A stretch of 61,982 bases of DNA, the filler included, from Squatina squatina (taxonomy: Eukaryota), in the NCBI GenBank assembly GCA_031763465.1. It is 3 parts of 3 records of this genome, joined end to end, with 100 filler letters (N's around TTAATTAATTAA, not from the genome) between each part and the next. Parts side by side here need not be neighbours in the genome. Positions count along the whole stretch, not along the records: positions 17,107 to 45,620 come from JARFOE010000192.1; positions 45,721 to 61,982 come from JARFOE010000233.1; 1 more part is not named here. One strand, given 5' to 3'. Shown here piece after piece: positions 35,983 to 48,116 of the stretch. The position numbers and the translations under genes were made by a program. The notes under the pieces were generated by a model. It did not search any database. It was given only the letters and a program-made list of their open reading frames with translations, and was not told the origin of the DNA. The number at the start of each line of letters is the position of its first letter. The stretch's first letter is position 1.

Positions 35983-37394
35983 TTTGGGCACTTGCGGATC
36001 ACGGATGCATCTGTGCATCTGAATGGTGAGGCCTGAGTTGCCCCTGACACTGGGCCTTATATCCATGGAGAGCAACAGGTAGATCGTTGGCAAACTGCAA
36101 TTGGAGATCGGGCCGCTCGGATGCCCGGAGCAGCTCCCGGGTAAGTGTTGAAGGGGGGTGATGGGGTCGGGCAGGTTGCGGGCAGCGGGGGCGCGGGCTG
36201 CAGTGTCCCACATTCTTTCAACGTAATTTACCTGCTCCTCCCAGCTCCACATGCAGGTAAATATATTTTAAGAACTCACCTTGTTGGTTGAAGCTGAATA
36301 GGCGGTCCCTTTAAGGACTGCCTGTTAGGTCGCCTCAGGCTTGGTTTTACTGAGTGCAGGCAGTGCTGGCTGTCTCAGGGCAAACAGTCTTGCAGTGGGG
36401 TCCTCAAATGGGTTCGGGCCTGAATTCGCATATGTAAAGGTCCCAGCAAAAGGTCATTAACCTGAAACGTTAACTCTGTTTCTCTCTCCACAGTTGCTGC
36501 CTGACCTGCTGAGTATTTCCAGCATTTTCTGTTTTTATATTGTAACAGTCCTGAATGGCTGCTTCAGGCGTGAGCACAGCACTGATTTTTTGGCCTTTAC
36601 GACCAGTATGCCACATGGCGCACTTCCACAGGGACATAGGGACAGGAGGAGGCCATTGAACCCCAGAAGCCTTGTCCACCATTCAGTGAGATCATGGCTG
36701 ATCTGTGACCTCACTCCATATACCCACTTTTGGCCCATATCCCTTAATACCTTTGGTTAACAAAAATCTATCAACCACAGATTTAAAATTATGGAGCGAC
36801 TCCTGCACAAATTTAAAACATAATGGGCAAATTTTAAAAATTACGTTCACCAGCTCCGCAGTCAAGAGCCCCCAACCACACTAGCTTGCCAGAAAAGCAT
36901 TTTTAAGCACTCAGTAATTAGCATCATCGTTCTCCTGCGTTAATCTGCATTTTCCTGGGACCTTAAACTCCTGGAACTCATTCCCTCCCTCAATCCTCCC
37001 TTCCTCTGACAATCTACAGGTGTTTAAATGCCGAGCTTGGGGTCACCTCACCTCTCGTCCCTTCTCAACCTGTGAAGAGCCCTTTGCTCTTCACTCCGCA
37101 TTGTCAATTTCAGAACAATGAACCTATTTTGTCACTTGTCAGGGTTGTCAACACGGGAGCTGTTCGGAGAAACGTCTGACCAGAAGCACTGAGGCAGATT
37201 ACAATCCCGTTTCAGACAAGTGGCTCATACCTGTGGTGCATTCACACAATTAATAAAGTAAACTACAAATGAACAAGATTTCTTTTTATCCACTTCTTCA
37301 TTCCTCATTTTGGGAAGTCCGCCAACAATAAACAAAAAAAACACGAACTGTGCATGCGCAACGACTTCCAGATTGTTGGCAGCAGTCGAGTCTT

Positions 37395-39520
37395 TAAAAT
37401 GAACAATTGATCCAGCATCAATTGCTGTTTCAGGAAGAGAGTTCCAAATTCTACTACACTTTGTGTGTAGAAGTATTTCCTAATTTCATTCCCGAAAGGT
37501 CTGGCTCTAATTTTTAGGCTGTATCCTCTCGTTCCAGATTCCTCAGCCAGCAGAAATAGTTTCTCTCTATCCACCCTATCTGTTTCCCCTTATTATCTTG
37601 AAAACTTCGATCAGATCTCCCCTTAACCTTCTCTATCCCAGAGAATACAACCCTAATTTGTGTAATCCTCGTAATTTAACCCTTGGAGTCCTTGGTATCA
37701 ATCTGGTAAACCTATGCTGCACTTTCTCCAAGGTCAGGGTATCCTTCCTAACACCCAGAAGTGCTCACAGTACTTCAGGTGTGGTCTAACCAGGGCCTTG
37801 TATAGCTGCAGCATGACTTCTACCCCCTTGTATTCTAGTCCTCCAGATATGAAGGCCAGCATTCCATTCGCCTTCTTGATTAATTTTTGTACCTGCTCTT
37901 GACATTTTAATGATATATGTACATGGACCCCTTAATCTCTTTGAACCTTCACTGCTTCTAGCTTTTCACCATTTGGATCTATCCCTTTCGGGTCCAAAGT
38001 GGATGACTTGCTTATATTGAAATCCATTTTCCACAGTTTTCCCAATTCGCTCAATCTATTAATATCTCTTTGTAGTTTTGTGCTTCCATCTACACTGCTT
38101 ACAATGCTGCCTATTCTTGTGTCAGGCAAATTTGGATATGTGGCTTTCTATCCCATCATTAAGTCGTGATCCATACAGTGAATAGTTGAGGTGCCAAGAC
38201 AGATCCCTGCGGGACACCACTAGTCACATCCTGCCAATTAGCATACCTACCCATTATCGCTCCTCTCTGTCTCCTGCCATTCAGCCAATTTCCTAACCAG
38301 CTCAATAATTTGCCCAGAATTCCATGAGCTTCAACTTCAGCTAACTGTCTCTTATGAGAGACTTTAGCAAATGCCTTCTGGAAGTCCATATAAATAACAT
38401 CCATAGGCATTCCTCTGTCCACTACTTTAGTCACCTCTTCAAAAAATTCAATCAGGTTTCTCTGGCATGACTTACCTTTCACAAATCCATGCTGGCTCTT
38501 TCTGATCAGCTGAAGATTTTCAAGGTGTTCAGTCACTCTATCGTTAACTATAGACTGTCGTAATTTCCCAACAACAGATGTTAGGCTAAGGATGCCTATA
38601 GATGTTAGGTCTATAATTCCCTGGTTTCCTCTGATCTTTCTTAAATAGCAGAGTGACATGGAATTTTTGAATCTAAAGGAACGGTTCCTGAATCGAGAGA
38701 ACTTTGGAAGATTACAGTTAGGGCACCTGCAATGTTCTCACCTACTTTCTTTAAAGTCTTGGGATGAAAACCGTCTGGTCTTGAGGATGTGTCACTCTTT
38801 AGTGCCATTACTTTCTTCATTACTGTTAATTTGCTTATGTTAATTTTGGTGAGTCCCCATCCCTGATTCAGTATTCGTTTCCTTGAGATGTCTGGCATGC
38901 TATTCTCTTCCTCTACTGTAAATTCTGATGCAACGTAATTATTTAACATGTCTGCCATTTCCTTATTTTCATTTATATCAACATTGTAGTTTTTAAGGGA
39001 CCCACATTGCTACTAAGCACACCCTGCTTTTCCTAATAGTAAAAGGTTTTGGTGTTGATTTTGATATCCCGTGCAACTTCTTTTTCATACTTCCTTTTAG
39101 TAGCTCTTACTAACTGTTTTGTCAGCCTTTGCTCTTCTTTGTATCTTTCCCATTCACCATGATCTGTGCTATTTTGGGGATTTTGTATGCTTTTCTTTTT
39201 AGTTTTATGTTGTCCCTTACTTCTTCAGTTGTCCATGGCTGAAATAGAGTTCTTGCTCCTCAGAGGTTTAAATTGGTTCTTTCTCACATTCAATTCTTTT
39301 TTTGAACATCTCTCCCTGATCTCCTGTTGTTTTACCCATCAACAGATTTGCCCAGTTTACTGTGGACAATCCCTGCCTCATCACATTTATGTCAGCCTTA
39401 CCTAAATCTAGAATCTTTGGAGCTGTTTCGCATTTCTGCCTCTCAAACACATTAAACTCAATCATATCATGATCGCTATTATGCGCTGTTAGGCTGTTAA
39501 GTAAATCTGGCTCATTAATA
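37395..39520 (-). mobile_element. CR1 LINE, about 2.1 kb ORF2 remnant
   Basis: HNSDHDMIEF, LNNYVASEFTVEE, RPDGFHPKTLK, SLTSVVGKL, QHGFVKGKSC.RNLIEFFEEVT, YMDFQKAF, SGVPQGSVL. Confidence 0.92.
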
Positions 39521-42037
39521 AATTGACTGAGGCCTGACTCCTTGTTCCTCAACAAATTGTTGTTGTCAACTATCGTAATGAGTGGTTTCTGTGCACCATG
39601 TCGGAAGGCTTGGGAAGCCATTTAGAGCCTGTAAAACGGAATCTGCCTTCCCATATTTTGTAGAATTTGGGCCAGAATTCTCATTTTTGCCCACAGAGAG
39701 AGAGGACAAAAAATGGTGGTTTCTTTTCTCAAAAAGGACACTGTAAAACAGAAAGACAGAATCAAGACAGACAGGCTCCTTTCAAANNNNNNNNNNNNNN
39801 NNNNNNNNNNNNNNNNNNNNNNNNNNNNNNNNNNNNNNNNNNNNNNNNNNNNNNNNNNNNNNNNNNNNNNNNNNNNNNNNNNNNNNTATAGACAACCCCC
39901 ACCTATGTTTTCTGTTCCTTGAGGCTTCTTAGCTCCACCCAGACTGATTCTACATCTCTATTTTCTGCGCCAATATCCTTCCTCACTATTGCATTGATTT
40001 TGTCCTTTAATAACACTGCCTCCCCATATCTATACTATGAATGAACTCCCGATGAACTTTGTGCTCACCGCCAACCATTAGGGCTAAATTTGATAATTCG
40101 GATAAACTCCTTCAGAGCTGCTTTATTTTATTTTCATTCTGATATCGGGATCAATGCATGGCGGTCAACCTTTTAAATAGTATTTGTTGTTCGATAGCTT
40201 TCAATGGACTGACATGCTCTCCGACACAAAAAAGTACTCTACTGGCCTGAGGATGGGAGCACACTGATAATGTGAAGTGCCTGAGAGGAAACAGATGCTC
40301 TTATTGCATTCCATATGCTTTTTAGCTACAGTAGGGAGAATTTTGACTAACTCTTCCCTTGCAAACCAAGCACAATTCTTATGAATCTGATCCCTTTTCC
40401 CTGTGGGGTTTTTTTTTCAGTCTTGTTTAACTGATCCATTTAGTTGGACTAAGGATGTTTAGGAANNNNNNNNNNNNNNNNNNNNNNNNNNNNNNNNNNN
40501 NNNNNNNNNNNNNNNNNNNNNNNNNNNNNNNNNNNNNNNNNNNNNNNNNNNNNNNNNNNNNNNNNCAACATAATAAAAATAGATTATCTGGTCATTATCA
40601 CCTTGCTGTTTGTGGGAGCTTGCTGTGTGCAAATTTGCTGCTCCGTTTCCCACATTGCAACAGTGATTACACTCCAAAAGTACTTCATTGGCTGAAAGCG
40701 CTTTGAGATATCTGGTGAGTGTGAAAGGCGCTATATAAATGAAAATCTTTCTTTCTGAACTTCTGGTCCTCTCCTGCCCTATTTGCTGCGCTATATTTTC
40801 TGTCACATAGTATGAGGAGGACTGTGTGATAGTTTTGGTCAAAGATATACGCTTATGGTGGCTGCTTCCCAGTGCCTCACACCCCAGTGGACTCGAGCGC
40901 CAGTATTTTCTGGCACCAATCTACCAGCAACAGGTTTCCTCCACACCAAAATGCTGCCATTGGTTTAGTCAGATAACCGCACAGTGGGTCGACTTTCTCT
41001 TAATGCAAATATACTGGAAGCTACAGTGATTTTTTTTTTTAATCGGTTCAAATTTGGAGTATTTCAGTGCTCTGAAAAGGGAATTTAAAGCAGAATACTG
41101 CTGATAAGTTTTCACCTAAGCTGGTGTTGTCCCCTTTAAGTTGAATTTTAAAAAATCACTCCTTTTTTGGGATGAACATTTATTTTCCTGCGACAGTGCA
41201 GCTGACATTAAGCCAAAGAAGAAGAAAAAATGAAGTGCTGATGGAATCTGTGGGCTGGATCTCATCTGTGGAAGGAAGGATTTCAGCCAGTGTGGAAATG
41301 GAACAATGTGGGAGGCTCCATAAAACCTTAAGTATGGTTTGGAAAAAAAAATGTTGTAGCAACTGTTGTTTCTATGTTTGAGTTCACATGCTTGAGTTTG
41401 TATGTACATGCTGTTCAATTTGCTTGGCGTTCTAATTCCAGCAGTTTTGGAATTGTATGTGTATTTTAAAAAAGCTTTTATGTAGTTTGGGCTGCGATAC
41501 TTTCACTAACCATGATGAACGACGAACTGCATGTGCAATTCCTGTGCCTAGGACACTATCGTATGTATAAAATGTTCGCATCGTCCAGACAATGCTAAAA
41601 TGTACGTGTACTGCCGTCATACTTGCGCCTATCATTGCAGCACTGACAGCATTTTGGTCTCTGCAAATAGGAAGCTTCACTTACACTGACTGCTTACGTC
41701 ACTGTGGAGCAGCAGACAGGCAGAGCTTCGCGTTTGCATTTTCATCGATTTCCATAGAACACTGCTGACTTTTCTGTTGATAGAAATCAAAACGTTGGAC
41801 CCTGATTTGAGGGGAAAAAATTCTTTTTTTAAAAAAAAAAGGAAAGCGAGGTTAAAACGAGGGCTTTGCACTTTACCTGTATACAACTGTTTCCCAATAC
41901 AAGGCGAATTTAAGTGAAACCACCTCTCGAGTGTTTCNNNNNNNNNNNNNNNNNNNNNNNNNNNNNNNNNNNNNNNNNNNNNNNNNNNNNNNNNNNNNNN
42001 NNNNNNNNNNNNNNNNNNNNNNNNNNNNNNNNNNNNN

Positions 42038-42160
42038 CTCTTGCCAGCTTTGCATTGGGATCATCCGTAGTATCAGTCAATGTGTTGCTCACCGGTGCAT
42101 CAAACAGGTGAATCATGCACTGGTCAGATTGGCCGGCACTGTGGAAATGGTACCTCGGGT
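42038..42160 (+). mobile_element. PIF/Harbinger transposase fragment
   Basis: FALGS / ISQCVAHRCIKQVNHALVRLAG resembles the HARBI1-type HTH region. Confidence 0.55.
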
Positions 42161-42349
42161 GTCGGTTCTAAGTTGCAGCATGAAGGTGTGCTGTGCTGGA
42201 GTACGGGCATATATGCACGATAGGCAGTGAAAGATTGTTTGAGGAATTGGCAATAAACTGGGACAGATTTGACGTGCAGCACTTTGTGACATGCATACAT
42301 GGGCTGTGTAGCTGATTAATGGAGCCTGACAAATGGATAAGCTTAGCTT

Positions 42350-42575
42350 GGCAGGTTGCTTAAGGTGTGCCATCTTATTCTGTGTCTACTCCCAGTTCTA
42401 GTGGGTATTACACACAGAATTGAGCCTGGGCACTGTCTGCTACCAGACATGCTGGCCTGTCATTCTCTGGGGAGAGTGCGCTGGAGTTGTAAGCAGGAAA
42501 ACCCTTCTCATGCCCATCTCATTCATCAGCACTTCAACTTCACCGGCTGTCGAATAGTGGGGTTGAATGCTGTAC
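42350..42575 (-). mobile_element. PIF/Harbinger Myb/SANT-like ORF remnant
   Basis: PHYSTAGEVEVLMNEMGMRRVFL...QHVW*QTVPRLNSVCNTH*NWE*TQNKMAHLKQ. Confidence 0.5.
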
Positions 42576-43377
42576 TTTTCCATTACTAACCCACAGACTC
42601 TAGTTCGTGCCTCCACAATTATTGTGCTAGCCACTGAACCCCATTGCTCAAAGCATGAAATGGAGCCAATAAAATTGTAACTTAATGGGACTCCTGGTCA
42701 GAACCCAGAGACTTCTCATGAAGTTTAATGAGCTGCTTCAACTTTAATAAGGCTATTGAGAACATCTGAGGTTGACAAAAAAGATTGTGCTTTAGAGACA
42801 ATCAGGCAGCTCCCTTTGGCTGCATTAGTTCCATTTGGAGCCAAATGATATACTGTTTGATCCAGGGTATTATTTTGTGGTAAGCCTGCTCCTTTTCACC
42901 ATGACATTCAAGGCTGGAAACTTGTTGGATATCTCAGTGGTACATTTGTGCATGCTTGCAATAGATTGCAATGTTCAAGAGAAGGTTATAAATGCTTAGA
43001 GGAAGTTTTGCAACATGTATGGCTAGAACCTGCTGGTAACCTCGATATTGCAGAGGGCACGCATCTCATCTAAAATGTTTTCAAAGGGTGGAAAGGGAGG
43101 GTAGGGAATTGGCACGGGAGTGCCTGTCAAAATTTAGAATGCACTCACACACTTATCAGTCACACTCGTATGCACTTTCTCCCTGGTGAGGCTTACAGCA
43201 TAACAGGAAGAGACTGTCTTCTTGTGCTTGGTGATGTCCCTGATACGAAACTTGTTTTTTGGAAACTAGTTCTTGTCATCACATCACTAATGGTGTAATA
43301 TTGTGGATGCTGTAAAGTTGGAGCTATGCAGCAGACGAGAGGTTAAAGCTGAGCCTTATTTCAAGTAACTAAATGAT

Positions 43378-43925
43378 TCATAATCATAAAATCTTATAGT
43401 ACAATAGGAGGCCATTCAGCCCATCTTTGAAAGCTATCCAATTAGGCCAACTCCCCTGCTCTTACAAAGAGCCCTTCAAATTTTTCCTTTAAGTATATAT
43501 CCAATTTCCCTTTGAAAGCTACTATTGAAATCGGTTTCCACCACCCTTTCAGGCAGCACGTTCCAGCCCACTCACTGCGTAAAAAAAACTTCTCGTCTCC
43601 CCTCTGGCTCCTTTGCCAATTATCTTAAATCTGTGCTCACTGGCTATCAACCCTCCCACCAGTGAAAACAGACTCTCCCCCCCACTCCCCTTCTACTCGA
43701 CCAAAACCCTTCAAACTTTTGAACACTTATTAAATCTCCCCCGTAACTTTCTCTGCTCTGAAAGAGATTAATCTCAGCTTCGCCAGTCTCTCCACATAAC
43801 TGAAGTCCCTCATCCTGGTATAACTCTGGTAAACCTCCTCTGCACCCTCTCCAAGGCCTGGTCATCCTTCCTACAGTGTGGCCCCCAGAATGGGACACAA
43901 AACTCCAGCGGATACCCATCTGTGA
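43378..43925 (-). mobile_element. CR1 LINE 3' end
   Basis: Same motifs as the other CR1 ends (ggaggccattcagcccat; accctctccaaggcc; gtggcccccagaa). Confidence 0.75.
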
Positions 43926-44411
43926 TTTACAACGGTCACTATATTATCCACTGAATTATTTTTGTAACAGCGTTTATTTTTTAAATCCAGGATGTTTTTG
44001 AAAAATATACAAACACCTAATTTGTCCTGTTACTTTAACAGATTTTTTTTTGGGGGTGGGGAAAAAGGAAGAATCACATTAAAACCTGTTTAATATTGTG
44101 CGAGGGCTCCCTATGGGATCGTCATCCATCGTTCAAACTGCTCACGCCAAAGTACTTAAATCATTACTTCACGCCCATGTTATAGTGCAAAATACCCCAG
44201 ACACAACCCAAGTTTGAAAGGACAAACATCTATAATTGGACTACCAAGTCCTTTACACACTTCATTTAGACTTGGAACATCATTTGCTTTTTTATTTTAA
44301 AAAAAACAAACCCACTTATATAGTTAGCATTGCCTATAGGATTTAAAACAATCCCTGGGCCATCTAGGCCTCTTGGAACCCCTATTCTTTTGCCAAGCTT
44401 TAGACTCAATG

Positions 44412-44730
44412 ACAGCTTGTATTTATATAGCACCTTTAATGTAGTAAGACGTCCCAAGGCATGTGAACAAAATTTGACACTGAGCCATTTAAGGAGATAT
44501 TAGGACAGATGACCAAAAGCTTGGTCAAAGAGGTAGGTTTTAAGGAGTGTCTTAAAAGGAGAGGTTTAGGGAGCGAAGTGCAGTGCTTAAGGCCCAGGCA
44601 GCTAGAGACACCACCAATGGTGGAGCGATTAAAATCGGGGATGCTCAAGATGCCAGAATTGGAGCAGCACAGAGATGTGAGAGGACTGTAAGGCATGACG
44701 AAGTTACAGGAGGGGAGGGGGCGAGGCCAT
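44412..44730 (-). mobile_element. L2 LINE 3' end
   Basis: cttgtatttatatagcaccttt...ttggtcaaagaggtaggttttaaggagtgtc; reverse-similar to 35700-35980. Confidence 0.75.
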
Positions 44731-45620
44731 AGAGCCAATGTAGGTAAGACCCATTGGGAGAGGGGTAGAACAAACCTACAGCTCAAGACCTATATACACA
44801 ACTGATTAGTAGAAATGCAAGAGATCCCGCTGCCTCAATCTTAGCAACACCCACTTAGGACCCCTTACTAGAAAATTATTTAAAAGACTGCGATACACAG
44901 CGGTGACTACCTGGGTCTGAAGTTTGTGTTCACCATCAGTGGGTCAAGGGTCTTCTGAAGCATCACAACCTTGTAATGCAATCGTATGCCTCCATTATTC
45001 TAAGCATACGTATTAATCTTGGGCAGGTATCACGTTCTATGATCTCTTAAGCTCAATGACAGTACCTCCCTTACTTTCAGAGCAGCAATTACCAAAACAA
45101 ACAGAATCCTGAGCTATATTGCCAATTCAGTAGAGTAGAAGGATACATTTACACTGTAATTGTGCGAAGTGGTTTGAGATGCAAGCTAAATCCGAAGTCA
45201 GGTCCTAACCTGAGACCGGAGTGAAGAATAATGAGAGTCACTGGTGGTTTGCTCTGGAGTCAGTTCAGGCCTTAACTCTGGACTGACATTACATAAAGTG
45301 CCTTGCACTAATGCTAAACTTCCATGTGAATACTCCCAAAGTCTGTGGCTGTCATACTGACACAGCATGGAGCTCCAGTCAGGATGCACCTTGAATGCTA
45401 CATTCAATTCTATCATTAAAGTTAAAATGAAATAATTAAGCCCTAGAAACAGCACATTAAAGAACTACAAGGCTGATCTCTAGAGGTGGAAATTGGATAT
45501 GCACATTTTCAGGTTCCTAACCAGCAGTGCGCTAACAACACATGCCCCGGCCAGAAGGCCCAAGGCCAGCTCAAAATTGGTCTTCAGGCCTCATTATCAT
45601 TTTTCCACCAGTTGTAAAGT

Positions 45621-45720
45621 NNNNNNNNNNNNNNNNNNNNNNNNNNNNNNNNNNNNNNNNNNNNTTAATTAATTAANNNNNNNNNNNNNNNNNNNNNNNN
45701 NNNNNNNNNNNNNNNNNNNN
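45621..45720. other. Artificial scaffold spacer N44-TTAATTAATTAA-N44
   Basis: Identical structure to 17007-17106. Confidence 0.95.
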
Positions 45721-46842
45721 ACCCAAAATTCACAATAAGGTTGGTATCCCCTTGACAGTAGAAAAATCAAATGTTACAAACTAAATTTTCCCAACACAGC
45801 AGTGTACACGTCAGAACATTTGGTAAAGAAATGGACTTGTGTGTAAATTATTTATATTTATGGGAAACATATTAATTTATGGAAGAGAAATTTGTAATTG
45901 GAGCAAGATTTTCTGAGAGATTGTATACCAAAAATGCATTTTTCAGTGGCTCAAATAGATGAGCCCAATCTGTTCTTCTCTCATCGTTTGCTTTATAGTG
46001 CACAGTGATGGAAGGGGGATGGGTGAGTGCATCTTAATGCAGCACTTAGTAATCACCAACAACATTTTCATTATATGGAGGTGCTGCATCCAATCCAAGC
46101 ACCTCATAATTCTCCACAGTGTATTAGAGTGTTGTTTATTTATATTTATTTTAAAAACCTTTTCCATGAGCATTTTCTGTTCAAATGTCCTTTCTGTTTG
46201 TACTGTGCCCTCTGAGACCATTTCTTCTCAGCCAGATTGGTACAGAATTCTGAACTGCTGACCTGAAGACAGCCAGAAATAAATTAAGGGAGCTCTTTAA
46301 TATTTATTCAATCGCGCAAAACAACTGGATCACCCCATGTACACTGGTCCATAATCAAATTCAGTCCTGATTGTTGGTATAATGCTTGATAATTAATTTT
46401 TAATTTATATTGAGCAAAAAGATTGACTACTGCCACTGATTTTCTAGGAAAGAGTGTTCAGGACTAATACATTTATTATAAGTTAATTTCTTTGTCTCCC
46501 CACTTATCCAGAAGGATTCGTGTTGGTGTACCAATGTTCTTTATTCAAAACGTACTTAGTAGCTTCTTTACTGCTTGGTATCTCTTTATCTCTGAATAGA
46601 ACTTCAAAATTCCACAACCTAAAACTGCAATTGTTCATAACATGTTTTGTTACATGTGTTAGCATACAGTGCCCTGTTATGAAGGTGTTGCTTTTAATCA
46701 AAGTAGCAATGAGTCATATAGGCCAAAAGATCTCAAGTTTGATCCCTGGTCTGTTCTGAGTTGACTGATTTGAGCCAAAGGCAGCTGTTGGGATGTTACA
46801 GCTGACTTCAGTGCTCTGGGATACGAACGAGAAAAAATCAGC

Positions 46843-46918
46843 TATAGAAACATAGAAAATAGGAGCAGGAGTAGGCCATTCGGCCCTTCGAGCCTGCTCC
46901 GCCATTCAATATGATCAT
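46843..46918 (-). repeat. CR1/HE1-type 3' tail
   Basis: atagaaacatagaaaataggagcaggagtaggccattcggcccttcgagcctgctccgccattcaatatgatcat. Confidence 0.8.
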
Positions 46919-47669
46919 NNNNNNNNNNNNNNNNNNNNNNNNNNNNNNNNNNNNNNNNNNNNNNNNNNNNNNNNNNNNNNNNNNNNNNNNNNNNNNNNNN
47001 NNNNNNNNNNNNNNNNNNAGAGGAACTCAGTACTGAAATTTCTTGATTGTCTCATTAAGGGGGTTCTATTAAAGTCGAGCAGGAACAATTTGCATGGTTT
47101 ATCTTCTGAATCTGGATGAGGCTGAGATCAATTACATCCATTAGCTGGGAGACAGTTTTAATGTGATGAGAAGCCGAGAGTCTGCAGCCACAATGGAAAG
47201 GCTTGCTGCTGCTCATGGTGACATTCCTCTGCAGTGGATTATTTTACAGAAAAGCAAATGCTGCCATCCAATATCAAATAAATCAAGTTTAATGTTGAGG
47301 TACAAATTCTAAATAATAGACCTGGAATTAGTTCCTCACAAAAGCAAAATGCTTTGTGAAGAAAATTAATTAGTGTGATGGCAGCTTAGTTCAATCACAT
47401 AACAATGGATCTTTTTTGGATTGAAAAGGAAGATTTTTTTTTCTTTGCTCATTTAAATATCAAATCTTCTGCAATAAACTACTAGAGAGCAAGTGGAATT
47501 TTTACCCACTGTGTCTTTAGCAAATGTCTAAGCAGGTAAACACAAGGCAAGGTTTTAAGTAAATAAATTTTTTTAACAGATTCCTACAGTTACTTATATG
47601 AAAATCTACGTGAAAAAATGCAAAATACTTAATTTGAACAATGTTTCAGGGCTAAATATTTGTACTTGC

Positions 47670-47804
47670 ACATAAGAACGTAAGAACGAGGAGCAGGAGT
47701 AGGCTATTGGGCCCCTCGAGCCTGCTCCGCCATTCAACACGATCATGGCTGATCTTCTACCTCAGCACCATTTTCCTGCACCATCCCCACATCCCTTGAT
47801 TCCC
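47670..47804 (-). repeat. CR1/HE1-type 3' tail
   Basis: cataagaacgtaagaacgaggagcaggagtaggc...gatcttctacctcagcacc...tcccttgatt; same family as position 1-50. Confidence 0.8.
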
Positions 47805-48007
47805 NNNNNNNNNNNNNNNNNNNNNNNNNNNNNNNNNNNNNNNNNNNNNNNNNNNNNNNNNNNNNNNNNNNNNNNNNNNNNNNNNNNNNNNNNNNNNNNN
47901 NNNNATTCCTGTTTTTTAAAAAAAAAACAGTGGTATATGTATTGATGCTAGTTGCTAATAATCAGTCCTGCACGTGCTGAAGATTGTTTTTAACTTTCTT
48001 AAAAATG

Positions 48008-48116
48008 AACAGAAAATACTGAAAATACTCAGCAGGTTGGGCAGTATCTGTGGAGAGAGAAACCTCTGTCCACAGTTGCTGCTTATCCTGCTGAGTATTT
48101 CCAGCCTCCTCTGTTT
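48008..48116. repeat. Imperfect palindrome made of two inverted copies of a dispersed repeat terminus
   Basis: ctgaaaatactcagcagg..gcagtatctgtggagagag / ctctgtccacagttgctgc..cctgctgagtatttccag; single arms at 36455-36535 and 60268-60294. Confidence 0.7.
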
